Below, one piece after another: positions 17,720 through 26,328 of a stretch of DNA of 46,312 nucleotides. The position numbers and the translations under genes were made by a program. The notes below the pieces were generated by a model that ran no database searches, was not told the DNA's origin, and was given only the letters and a program-made list of their open reading frames with translations. The stretch lies in IMG/VR virus record IMGVR_UViG_3300013016_000007; one strand, 5' to 3'. Numbering within the stretch: position 1 is the stretch's first letter; each line of letters opens with the position of its first letter. Source of the stretch: a virus.

Positions 17720-17729
17720 GGTGAGGTAA

Positions 17730-18569
17730 TTGGATTTTAAATGCAGCTTAAGCAAATGGAGAACTAACAAAAGGTCGGCCAGGTTAACATTACTGGTCGG
17801 CCCCAAAGATGCACCAATGGATTTATATAACTTTGAAGACAAACCGCTCGATATTATTTTAGACAGCAAAGTTAAGATAAAAGGAGAAATCAAAAATATT
17901 GAGCAGCTGGTAAAAGGAAAAATTAAAATTGTGATCGTTGCTGCTGAAGATTATAAAAAAGAAATTATTAGTGGTGGCCCGGGCCTTAAAAATTCAGAAG
18001 AAATAAAAGCTACTTTTTTGATTGATGCTGATGAACAGGTTAAGCGAATGAATATGATCAGTGGCCGGCAGAGAAGAAAAGCTTTTGCAACTATAAAAGA
18101 TATTGCGGAAGGCACTGGCCATGAGACTAATGAAATGTACAGAATCATAAAAGATAAATTTTCAGAAGTTACCGGTTATGGTGAGATTAGCCTTTCGGAT
18201 TGTACTAGAGAAACCGCTGCTCTTTTTATTGAGTATTGCATAAGGTTAGGGTATGAAAGTGGAGTTGAGTGGAAAGAACACCCCAGAGAGAGAATGGACA
18301 ATCTTTATAGATGGCTGCGGCTGTGTCTTGATCAGAAAATTTGTGCAGTGTCTGGCCTGCCGGGAAAAGAATATTTAATTGATAACTCTGGAGCTATAAT
18401 TCATGCTCATCACACTGATGCAATCGGGATGGGAAGAAACAGACAGAAATTTGATGACAGTAAACTCAAAAAGATATCTCTATCAGCTAAATATCATAAT
18501 GAAGCGCACAGTATGGGTTGGGAATCTTTTAAAGAAAAATATCATGTTGAGGGCATTATCTATCCGTAA
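17730..18569 (+). CDS. Hypothetical protein with C-terminal HNH-like His cluster
   Basis: IIHAHHTDAIGMGRNRQKF...KYHNEAHSMGW. TTG start after GAGGTGAGG. Function uncertain. Confidence 0.4.
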   Translation: MDFKCSLSKWRTNKRSARLTLLVGPKDAPMDLYNFEDKPLDIILDSKVKIKGEIKNIEQLVKGKIKIVIVAAEDYKKEIISGGPGLKNSEEIKATFLIDADEQVKRMNMISGRQRRKAFATIKDIAEGTGHETNEMYRIIKDKFSEVTGYGEISLSDCTRETAALFIEYCIRLGYESGVEWKEHPRERMDNLYRWLRLCLDQKICAVSGLPGKEYLIDNSGAIIHAHHTDAIGMGRNRQKFDDSKLKKISLSAKYHNEAHSMGWESFKEKYHVEGIIYP

Positions 18570-18599
18570 TGGATTAGGTGCTGGCCCGGTGATCGGAGG

Positions 18600-19022
18600 T
18601 TGATTTTGTTGGCCTGGAGAAATGTAAGCGAAAAACAAGCAAAAGATTTGATTAAGAAAAAGAGAAAAGGTGCCGGTGTTAATGTTTTAGAAGAGGAAGA
18701 ACAGAAAAAGCTAGCTCAATATCTTGATTATAAATATATGGAAGGCGATTGGTGCCATGTACCTAATGAAGGTGACCACAAAGTTCAGTATTATGTTAAA
18801 CAAAAAACTTTAGGTGTTAAATCAGGCGTGCCGGATGCATTAATTTTCAAGCCGGTTGCCGGCTATAATGGAATTGCTATTGAACTTAAGAGGTTGAAAG
18901 GTGGCCGGGTTAGCGAAAGCCAAAAGAGATGGCTTAAGAGGTTTAAAGAGAACGGTTGGGCTGTTAAGTTAGCAGAGGGAGCAGATGCAGCTATAGAATT
19001 TATTGAAGAACTGGAGGGGTAA
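18600..19022 (+). CDS. VRR-NUC domain nuclease
   Basis: GVPDALIFKP...GIAIELKRLKGGRVSESQKRWLKRFKENGW fits the PD-(D/E)xK VRR-NUC pattern. Start may be TTG 18606 or 18609. Confidence 0.7.
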   Translation: MILLAWRNVSEKQAKDLIKKKRKGAGVNVLEEEEQKKLAQYLDYKYMEGDWCHVPNEGDHKVQYYVKQKTLGVKSGVPDALIFKPVAGYNGIAIELKRLKGGRVSESQKRWLKRFKENGWAVKLAEGADAAIEFIEELEG

Positions 19023-19023
19023 A

Positions 19024-19350
19024 ATGATCTGGATAGATTTTTTTGATGATACAAAAAACAAAATTAAAAATATAAAAGATATTAATAATATTGAAGTAAT
19101 AAGATTTGATTTTATAGTGGATGGTCATGCAGACCAGATGTACATTTATTTAGAAGAAAAAAGATTATTATCATTAACAAAACCTTCTATAAAAATTAAT
19201 TATAAATATTTGAGAATCAATAATATAAGTGCCACTATGTTTATTGAAAAAGCAATAACAGAACTAGAATACCAACCAGATGGTTTTTTCTTAGATGATT
19301 CCATAACATTAAGAATTAACCAAGGTCATGATATCGAAATAAAAATTTGA
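19024..19350 (+). CDS. Hypothetical protein
   Basis: ATG 19024 after GGAGGGG. Confidence 0.5.
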   Translation: MIWIDFFDDTKNKIKNIKDINNIEVIRFDFIVDGHADQMYIYLEEKRLLSLTKPSIKINYKYLRINNISATMFIEKAITELEYQPDGFFLDDSITLRINQGHDIEIKI

Positions 19351-19362
19351 TGAGGTGAAGTC

Positions 19363-19644
19363 ATGAAAAATATAGTTGATATAATTGATAGCTTTCTAAA
19401 TGAAATACAAAAAGAAACTGAAAACAGACCTTATTTAGACATGATGTTTTTTGTAAGTGAAAAAGAATATAAAAAAATAAAAGATGTTTTTATGAGTTCA
19501 GCCAACAAAAAAGAATTAGTGATCAAAAGGAGCATGGCTCATAGTGACCCAGAAGCAAGATATGAAACTTATCGTTTTGAAAAACGGTGGATAAAGTTTA
19601 GTTTTAGAGTTGATACGAGTTCTGGTGAAGATAATGAAGATTAA
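19363..19644 (+). CDS. Hypothetical protein
   Basis: RBS GAGGTGAAG upstream. Confidence 0.55.
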   Translation: MKNIVDIIDSFLNEIQKETENRPYLDMMFFVSEKEYKKIKDVFMSSANKKELVIKRSMAHSDPEARYETYRFEKRWIKFSFRVDTSSGEDNED

Positions 19645-19801
19645 ACTTAGGTTTGAAAATCATGAAATAGGAACAATTATCAAAATAATGGCTGATAAAT
19701 ATAATGATGCCGGAGAATTATTAAGCTCAAAAAGTGTTGGCTATGTTAGCAGCAGATTAATCGCTAAAGGTGTAGAATTTAAAGACATAAATTTTGATTA
19801 A
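19634..19801 (+). CDS. Hypothetical small protein
   Basis: ATG 19634 is in frame within the track ORF and overlaps the upstream gene end. Confidence 0.45.
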   Translation: MKIKLRFENHEIGTIIKIMADKYNDAGELLSSKSVGYVSSRLIAKGVEFKDINFD

Positions 19802-20030
19802 AGGAGTGATCGCTATCGAACTAATAAAAAACGTTCCTTATTTTATTTATAAATTATTTTTAATTCTTATAATGTTTGAATATATACTTGTTAAAGTAAA
19901 ATTTATAAACCAAGTATTGAATATTCCTGGAATGATTGAAGAAAAAGTAGTAGAAAATTTAGTTAAAGAATATTTTATGAAGATAATTGGTGGGATATTA
20001 ATTTTAAGATTTTTGTTAATAAAACTTTAA
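19794..20030 (+). CDS. Hypothetical membrane protein
   Basis: Very hydrophobic, AT-rich ORF. Start uncertain. Confidence 0.4.
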   Translation: MIKGVIAIELIKNVPYFIYKLFLILIMFEYILVKVKFINQVLNIPGMIEEKVVENLVKEYFMKIIGGILILRFLLIKL

Positions 20031-20036
20031 AAAAGG

Positions 20037-20369
20037 ATGAGAAGAATGAAAACTGATTTAGAAAGACTTCACGATGTAGCTTTAAAAGAAAATCACGGTC
20101 CTAGAGAAGGTAAAACTTTTTATGATTGTCATTTAGTTGCCGGAGCCTTAGAATTAGAAAATGAAGAGGTTATAATCTGGCTCCCATCTTTACGCAGTGC
20201 GAAGCATATAAAACCAATGCTCAAAAAGGTATTACAAGATCATGATATTTCTATAGCAAGCAAACCAAATAGAAATTGTTGGATATTAGATAATAATTCT
20301 AGAATCATTTTTGCTTGGGGAAATATTAATGGTTACTCTCATGATTCGGCAGTAGTGACTTTTTGGTAG
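20037..20369 (+). CDS. Hypothetical protein
   Basis: 110-aa ORF (ATG 20037 or 20046). No motif recognised. Confidence 0.5.
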   Translation: MRRMKTDLERLHDVALKENHGPREGKTFYDCHLVAGALELENEEVIIWLPSLRSAKHIKPMLKKVLQDHDISIASKPNRNCWILDNNSRIIFAWGNINGYSHDSAVVTFW

Positions 20370-20378
20370 GAGGAATCT

Positions 20379-20627
20379 ATGATCACTTCCAATAAACGAT
20401 ATAATATAATTACAAGATGCATGAAAGTATTATTTATGATTGTAAATGAGAGTGGTTTAAATAGAAATTTGATTGCCGGCCGGTTGGGGGTGAGCTCTAA
20501 AACGGTCAGTAGATACATTAATATTTTAAGAGCAGCAGGGTTTGAAATAGTTTATAACTTTAAAAAGAAAGAATATGAAGTAATTAATTATCAAATGGTG
20601 GAGGGGTTGGGCGGAAATGCTAAATGA
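20379..20627 (+). CDS. HTH DNA-binding protein
   Basis: LIAGRLGVSSKTVSRYINILRAAGFEI. Confidence 0.6.
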   Translation: MITSNKRYNIITRCMKVLFMIVNESGLNRNLIAGRLGVSSKTVSRYINILRAAGFEIVYNFKKKEYEVINYQMVEGLGGNAK

Positions 20628-20871
20628 ATCTAAATTAATTTGTGAATACCAGGGTATTAAAAGACATATTCAAGTGCCAGTATTATGTCCTAGGTGCAAC
20701 AGAAGGACTTTCATTTTAGATAATAGAAAAGAAAAAGGTAAATGTATAAGGTGTGGCAAAGAAATGACCGCTGATGAATTATTGGAAGTTGCAAAGGCTG
20801 ATTACTTAGAAAAACACAGTGCTACTGATTATCAAATTAGAAATAACAGAGGTGACTGCGGCAATGCCTAA
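20617..20871 (+). CDS. Zinc-ribbon protein
   Basis: CPRCNRR...CIRCGKEM. Confidence 0.55.
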   Translation: MLNESKLICEYQGIKRHIQVPVLCPRCNRRTFILDNRKEKGKCIRCGKEMTADELLEVAKADYLEKHSATDYQIRNNRGDCGNA

Positions 20872-21316
20872 TAAAGAGAAAGAAATCATAGAAGAGTTGT
20901 TAAATAATTATAGAAGGATAAAAGCAAAAGTTGCAACAGAAGCTATAAAAGATGCTCCTGAATATGCACTGCAGGCTATTAATTATAGTAAGGTAGGGTC
21001 TGGCGAAACTAATAATACATATTCTGATGTTGAAGAGTTTGTTGCCAGAAAGTCTGAACATGATAGCAAATATAAGAATTTAGTTAAAGCAAGAAATATA
21101 ATCTATCACGCTTATATTAATTTACCTACTGAAATGAGAAGAATAGTCGAGTACTTTTATTTTAACGATATGTCAGTAAAAGATACAGCAAGTCGAGTTA
21201 ATTGCTCAGAAAACACAATAAGAAATAGAAAACAAGAAATATTTGCAGAATTAAAAGTTCACGGACTGATGTCTGCTTGGGAGTTCTGGGTTGAAAGTCG
21301 AGAATTATTGAGTTAA
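20864..21316 (+). CDS. Late-gene transcriptional regulator (ArpU / sigma-70 region 4-like)
   Basis: C-terminal RRIVEYFYFNDMSVKDTASRVNCSENTIRNRKQEIFAELK. It is the last gene before the terminator and the packaging module. ATG 20864 is in frame within the track ORF. Confidence 0.65.
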   Translation: MPNKEKEIIEELLNNYRRIKAKVATEAIKDAPEYALQAINYSKVGSGETNNTYSDVEEFVARKSEHDSKYKNLVKARNIIYHAYINLPTEMRRIVEYFYFNDMSVKDTASRVNCSENTIRNRKQEIFAELKVHGLMSAWEFWVESRELLS

Positions 21317-21464
21317 TTTTTAAAAAAACATTAGTTTGGTGTTATTTTGGTATGATTTTGAGCTGTTTTTGAGTGGATTTTCTATATATAAAGAATATAA
21401 TGATAGTATGAAGTAATTGTGAGTTTTTCCATTATTACTTATTTATTTCCTGTTTGGTTTTTTA

Positions 21465-21498
21465 CCGGCCTAATTCCACTATTTAGGCCGGGTTTTTT
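21465..21498 (+). terminator. Rho-independent terminator ending the early/middle operon
   Basis: Perfect 9-bp stem CCGGCCTAA (21465-21473) / TTAGGCCGG (21483-21491), 9-nt loop, then GTTTTTT. Confidence 0.8.
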
Positions 21499-21512
21499 CA
21501 TACTACCTCTAT

Positions 21513-21518
21513 TATAAT
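21513..21518 (+). promoter_or_regulatory. Candidate -10 box (TATAAT) of the late operon
   Basis: Consensus TATAAT lies 15 nt after the terminator T-run. No convincing -35, which fits an activator- or sigma-dependent late promoter. Confidence 0.35.
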
Positions 21519-21520
21519 AT

Positions 21521-21740
21521 GTGTGGCTCGGACTCAATGTCCGGGCCATTACTCGTTTATAGAGCTACGAATCAGCCAGAATGCAGCACAAACTACCAGC
21601 CGCAGCTACTGGATAGCAGAGGAAAAAGGTGTCAGCTCAGCACTCCTGCTGGCTCCACATGCCCCCAGAATCTGCGGGTCCCTCTGAGAATCTAGAGCCT
21701 TGCGGTGACGCTGAATCCCAAAAACTGGCTAGATTTCGGT
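21521..21740 (+). other. GC-rich non-coding island upstream of the terminase genes (cos site and/or structured RNA)
   Basis: 110 G+C in nt 21521-21720 by hand count (55%), against AT-rich flanks. No ORF of 60 aa or more on either strand. Imperfect palindrome GGCTCGGAC-TCAAT-GTCCGGGCC at 21525-21547. The AGAATCT heptamer occurs twice (21667-21673, 21687-21693), with a related CCAGAATGCAG at ~21576. Confidence 0.6.
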
Positions 21741-21922
21741 GAAAAAAGTTCAATTTCATACAGTCGAAAACTTTTATATTTTTTAAAATCTAATATCAAA
21801 CTTTTATAATAACTGTCATGACAGCGTTCGTGGCAGTTTTATTTTTACCATTAAAAAAACATTTATTTACAGCATTTTACTGAACTTAAGGTGATTTTAA
21901 TTTCAGTGAAAAGGAGGTCCTT

Positions 21923-22438
21923 ATGAAATTTGCAGTTTCAGCTGAAGAGCTAGCAGAATTTATAGATATTTCAGAGCGCAGAGTTTACCAGTTAGTCGAT
22001 GCAGAAATTATCGATAGAGTTGAAGAAGGAAAATATAATCTCAAAGAATGCGCTAAAAAATATTATGAATTTAAGTTTGGAAGCGGCAGCAGAGATTTAA
22101 ATGAAGTTCGAGCTGAGCACGAAGAAATTAAAAAGCGGATCAGTGAAATAAAACTTGCTAAGCAGCAAAATAAGGTTTTTGAAGCAGAAGCCATAAAATT
22201 TAGAATGACTGATATGATCACTACTTTTAGAAATAGAATTCTTGCAACTCCAACTAAATTAGCTCCTCAAATAACTGGAGTTAAAAATACTAATAAAATA
22301 AATGATTTAATGAATACAGAGCTAAGAGAAGCATTAGAAGAATTATCAGAATACGATCCTTCCTTATTTGTTAATGATGAAGATCTATATAAAGACAATT
22401 TAGCTAAAAAAAAAGTAGGAGATTATTCGAAAAAATAG
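21923..22438 (+). CDS. Terminase small subunit (Nu1-like, N-terminal HTH)
   Basis: AEELAEFIDISERRVYQLVDAEII HTH plus a coiled-coil region. Directly upstream of the GpA-type large subunit. RBS AAAGGAGG. Confidence 0.7.
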   Translation: MKFAVSAEELAEFIDISERRVYQLVDAEIIDRVEEGKYNLKECAKKYYEFKFGSGSRDLNEVRAEHEEIKKRISEIKLAKQQNKVFEAEAIKFRMTDMITTFRNRILATPTKLAPQITGVKNTNKINDLMNTELREALEELSEYDPSLFVNDEDLYKDNLAKKKVGDYSKK

Positions 22439-22443
22439 TCAGA

Positions 22444-24258
22444 ATGGTAGCACCTCCACCGGATCTAAAAATAAGTGACTGGGCTGATCAATATAGAAAA
22501 TTACCTAAGGAAACATCAGCTGAGCCTGGTCAATGGAGAACAGAGCGGGCACCTTACCAACGTAGAATAATGGATTCTATTAATGATCCAGAAGTAGAAA
22601 AAGTTGTTGTAATGAGTAGTTCTCAGGTTGGAAAGTCTGAAATAGTAATTAATGTCATGGGATATTATATTGATGTTGATCCTTGTCCTATGCTTATGAT
22701 CCAACCAACAATTGAAACTGCTCAGGATTTTTCAAAGAGAAGAATTGCTCCTTCTATCAAGGCAGCTGATTCTCTGAGAGAAAAAGTTGCAGACAGCAAA
22801 AGTAAAAGCGGGAATAATACTATTTTGATGAAGTCTTTCCCCGGTGGTTTTCTTGCCCTGGGAGGAGCTAATTCTCCAGCCGGTTTAGCAAGTAGACCAA
22901 TAAGGATATTACTTGCTGATGAAATAGACAGATATCCAGAGTCGGCCGGCAGTGAAGGCGATCCGTTAAAACTTGCTGAAAAAAGAACAACTACTTTTTG
23001 GAATAAGAAAAAAGTTTATGTGTCTACTCCAACAATTAAGGATGCTTCCAGAATTGAGGATGAATATAAAAAAGGTACTCAGGAAAAATGGAAGCTTAAA
23101 TGTCCTCATTGTGGAGATTATCAATATATACATCTGCAAAATGTTAAATTTGAATATGAGAAAGATAAAAAAGGCAATTATAAAGTTTGGGATCTCAAAT
23201 ATGAGTGCACTGAATGTCATAGCAAATTTGATGAGCACACCTGGAAGAATCAATCAGGTAAATGGGTTGCAGAAAATGATGATGTAATTAAGACAAGAAG
23301 TTTCCATCTTAATGCTTTTGTGAGTCCCTGGACTCCCTGGGAAGAAATTATAGAAGAATGGCTGACTGTGAAGAAAGATCCGGAGCAGTATAAGGTATTT
23401 AAAAATACAATGCTTGGTTTGCCCTGGGAGGAAAAAGGAGAAATTGAAGATGAAGAATTTCTTTTAAAACGCAGGGAAGAATATGAAGCAGATGTGCCAG
23501 ATGGAGTTCTACTTTTAACCGCTGGTGTCGATGTTCAGGATGACAGACTAGAATATGAGATAGCAGGCTGGGGAAAAGGGCAGGAGTCCTGGGGTATTGA
23601 GTATGGCATGATAATGGGTGCTCCTGATATGCCTTCAACCTGGCAGATGCTTTCCGATAAATTAGACCAGACTTTCAGGACAGAGTCAGGTAAAGGAATG
23701 AAAGTTACCTGTACCTGTGTTGACTCTGGAGGTCATTTCACTTCAGATGTTTATAAATTTTGCAAAAAGAACGAACATAGAAGAATATTTGCTATTAAAG
23801 GCCGCGGTGGCCCGGGTATTCCTTTGATAGATAAGATTTACCGCAGTAAAAAAGAAAATGCTGCGGTCTTTATTTTGGGTGTTGATTCTGGTAAATCAAC
23901 TATCATGTCAAGACTTAAGATAAAAGAAAGAGGCGATGGATATTGTCACTTCCCTGCTAATAAAGAAAGAAATTATGATCGCAGTTATTTTCAAGGACTC
24001 ATATCTGAGAAACTGGTCCGGAGAAAAAGGAGTGGCCAGTACAGAATGGTCTGGGAAAAAATCAGCCCTAATCAGAGAAATGAGCCTTTAGATTTAAGAA
24101 ATTATGCTTTAGCTGCACTTAATATACTTAATCCTAGCTTTGATGCACTTGAAAAAAGGCTAAAACAAAAAGGAAATGGCAGTGTTAGTACAAGCAATTC
24201 TAAATCTAGAAGAAAAAAGAAGCGCCGCGGTGTGGTTAATAAGGGTGTTTCAGTATAA
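22444..24258 (+). CDS. Terminase large subunit, lambda GpA family
   Basis: PDLKISDWADQYRKLPKETSAEPGQWRTERAPYQRRIMDS...SSSQVGKSE (Walker A-like), ILLADEIDRY (Walker B). 604 aa. Confidence 0.9.
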   Translation: MVAPPPDLKISDWADQYRKLPKETSAEPGQWRTERAPYQRRIMDSINDPEVEKVVVMSSSQVGKSEIVINVMGYYIDVDPCPMLMIQPTIETAQDFSKRRIAPSIKAADSLREKVADSKSKSGNNTILMKSFPGGFLALGGANSPAGLASRPIRILLADEIDRYPESAGSEGDPLKLAEKRTTTFWNKKKVYVSTPTIKDASRIEDEYKKGTQEKWKLKCPHCGDYQYIHLQNVKFEYEKDKKGNYKVWDLKYECTECHSKFDEHTWKNQSGKWVAENDDVIKTRSFHLNAFVSPWTPWEEIIEEWLTVKKDPEQYKVFKNTMLGLPWEEKGEIEDEEFLLKRREEYEADVPDGVLLLTAGVDVQDDRLEYEIAGWGKGQESWGIEYGMIMGAPDMPSTWQMLSDKLDQTFRTESGKGMKVTCTCVDSGGHFTSDVYKFCKKNEHRRIFAIKGRGGPGIPLIDKIYRSKKENAAVFILGVDSGKSTIMSRLKIKERGDGYCHFPANKERNYDRSYFQGLISEKLVRRKRSGQYRMVWEKISPNQRNEPLDLRNYALAALNILNPSFDALEKRLKQKGNGSVSTSNSKSRRKKKRRGVVNKGVSV

Positions 24259-24272
24259 GGAAGGTGGTTTGA

Positions 24273-24512
24273 ATGGCTTCAAAAGACAGGTTAGAAAAAG
24301 CAAAACAAAGATTAGAAGCTTATTATGAAGCAGAAATGGCTGTTCTTGCCGGCCAGGAGTACAAAATTGGAACTAGAAGTTTGACTCGAGCTAATTTAGA
24401 AGAAATAAGAGCAGCAATTGACAGTTTAGAAAAACAAGTTGATCAGTTAACTGCCGCAGTAGACGGAAAAGGCAGAAGAAAAGCTTATAGAATTACCGCC
24501 AGAGACCTATAG
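24273..24512 (+). CDS. Head-tail joining protein, lambda gpW-like
   Basis: 79 aa. RLEAYYEAEMAVLAGQEYKIGTRSLTRANLEEIRAAIDSLEKQV. Sits between terminase and portal, as in lambda. Confidence 0.7.
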   Translation: MASKDRLEKAKQRLEAYYEAEMAVLAGQEYKIGTRSLTRANLEEIRAAIDSLEKQVDQLTAAVDGKGRRKAYRITARDL

Positions 24513-24522
24513 GAGGTACAAA

Positions 24523-24639
24523 ATGAGTTACAAAAATAAAAAAAATAAGCCAAAAAAAGAAATTATCATTCCTAAGGACACCAAAATTAAATCAAAGGAA
24601 AAAAATAGACAAAATTTGATTAAAAGAAAAGTACGGTAG
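24523..24639 (+). CDS. Small very basic ORF (38 aa) below the track cut-off
   Basis: ATG lies 6 nt after AGGAGGT. MSYKNKKNKPKKEIIIPKDTKIKSKEKNRQNLIKRKVR. Confidence 0.45.
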   Translation: MSYKNKKNKPKKEIIIPKDTKIKSKEKNRQNLIKRKVR

Positions 24640-26328
24640 GTGACGAATATGAATTTAATCGACAAAGCTGTAAAATATCTTAGTCCTCAGACTGCACTAA
24701 AAAGAGAATATGCAAGAGAAAAACTTAATGCATGGGAGAAATTTAAAAACTCTGGGTACAGCGAAAGCGGAGCCAGCCATCAGAAAAAATCAATGAAAGG
24801 TTGGAATTCATTGAGTCGCAGCCCTAACGAAGATATTAATGACAATCTCGATACATTAAGACAGCGCTCAAGATCATTATTTATGGGGTCACCTTTAGCT
24901 GCTTCTGCAATCAAAACCAACAGGACCAATGTTGTAGGTGCCGGTTTAAAACTAAAATCAAAAGTAGATGCTGAAACTTTAGGAATAAGCGAAGAACAAG
25001 CTGATCAGTGGGAAAGAAAAGTCGAAAAAGAATTTAGTTTGTGGGCAGAATCAGTTTGGGCCGATAATTTAAGACTTAATAATTTTTATGAGCTGCAGGG
25101 TCTGGCACTAATGTCCTGGCTAATGAATGGAGATGTTTTTCCACTCATTAAAAGAGATGAAGCAAAAAGTTGGATGCCTTATACTTTAAGGCTGCACCTT
25201 GTAGAAGGTGATAGAATAGGCACTCCTAATGTAGGAAGTAATTTTAGTTATTCAAGTTTTTATAGTGCTCAGTATAATACTTCTGGTAAAAATAGTGAAA
25301 CTGGAAATCCTATCTATAATGGTGTTGAAGTTGATCAAGAAAGTGGGGCTGTGGTCGCTTATTGGGTAGCAAATAGACATCCGAAAAAGAAAATGGATGG
25401 CCACTTCACAAAATGGAAAAGAGTTAAAGCTTTTGGAGACAAAACTGGGGAACCTAATATCTTACATTTAATGGAGCCTGAAAGATGCGAACAGTACAGA
25501 GGTGTACCTTATCTTGCTCCGGTTATTGAATCCTTAAAACAAATAACTAGATATACAAAAGCAGAGTTGACTGCAGCAGTTGTGCAGTCATTTTTTACTG
25601 CATTTATTAAACAAGATGGCCCGGCCAATGAAATACCTTTTGGAGAAACCTTTATGGGTGAAGAACAGGTAGATGAAGAAGATCCAAATTCTTACGAAAT
25701 GGGCGCCGGGACAATCAATGTCTTAGGTGAAGGTGAAAGTGTTGAATTTGGAGATCCGACCAGACCGGGAAATAATTTCGAGCCATTCATAAATGCGATA
25801 GCCAAACAAATTGGTGCAGCTTTAGAAATACCATATGAGTTATTAAATAAAGCGTTTCTTTCTTCATATTCAGCGAGTAGAGCTGCATTGTTAGAAGCCT
25901 GGAAAGCATTTAAAATGCGGAGAACCTGGTTTGCTAATGATTTTTGCCAGCCAGTGTATGAATTATGGTTAACAGAAGCAGTTGCCCGGGGCAGAATTAA
26001 AGCACCTGGTTACTTCAATGATCCTGCCATTAAAAGAGCCTGGGCTTCTGCAGAATGGATAGGACCAGCTCCAGGACAGGTTGATCCAGTGAAAGAGGTC
26101 ACTGCTGCAATTATGAGAATAGAAAATGGTTTATCAACTAGAGAAAGAGAAACCACCGAGCTCAATGGAAGCAATTGGGACGATAATATAAAACAGCTAC
26201 TGAAGGAAAACAAAAAGGTCAGAGAAGCCTATGATGGGCTTGGGGAGGATGATCAAAATGCTGTTCAAAATCTAGTTAAGACTCTATATAACAAAGAGAT
26301 TGAAAAGGGGGCGACAGAAATTGACTAA
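24640..26328 (+). CDS. Portal protein, lambda family
   Basis: 562 aa at the lambda gpB position. Conserved-looking blocks (RGVPYLAPVIESLKQI, YELLNKAFLSSYSASRAALLEAW). Start may be ATG 24649. Confidence 0.85.
   Translation: MTNMNLIDKAVKYLSPQTALKREYAREKLNAWEKFKNSGYSESGASHQKKSMKGWNSLSRSPNEDINDNLDTLRQRSRSLFMGSPLAASAIKTNRTNVVGAGLKLKSKVDAETLGISEEQADQWERKVEKEFSLWAESVWADNLRLNNFYELQGLALMSWLMNGDVFPLIKRDEAKSWMPYTLRLHLVEGDRIGTPNVGSNFSYSSFYSAQYNTSGKNSETGNPIYNGVEVDQESGAVVAYWVANRHPKKKMDGHFTKWKRVKAFGDKTGEPNILHLMEPERCEQYRGVPYLAPVIESLKQITRYTKAELTAAVVQSFFTAFIKQDGPANEIPFGETFMGEEQVDEEDPNSYEMGAGTINVLGEGESVEFGDPTRPGNNFEPFINAIAKQIGAALEIPYELLNKAFLSSYSASRAALLEAWKAFKMRRTWFANDFCQPVYELWLTEAVARGRIKAPGYFNDPAIKRAWASAEWIGPAPGQVDPVKEVTAAIMRIENGLSTRERETTELNGSNWDDNIKQLLKENKKVREAYDGLGEDDQNAVQNLVKTLYNKEIEKGATEID

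Noticed and set aside
21537-21695. A 52-codon ORF (MSGPLLVYRATNQPECSTNYQPQ…, three Cys) inside the GC-rich island
   Set aside because: No Shine-Dalgarno sequence precedes ATG 21537. Its composition is unlike the phage's other genes, and open frames of this length are expected by chance in GC-rich sequence. It remains a remote possibility.
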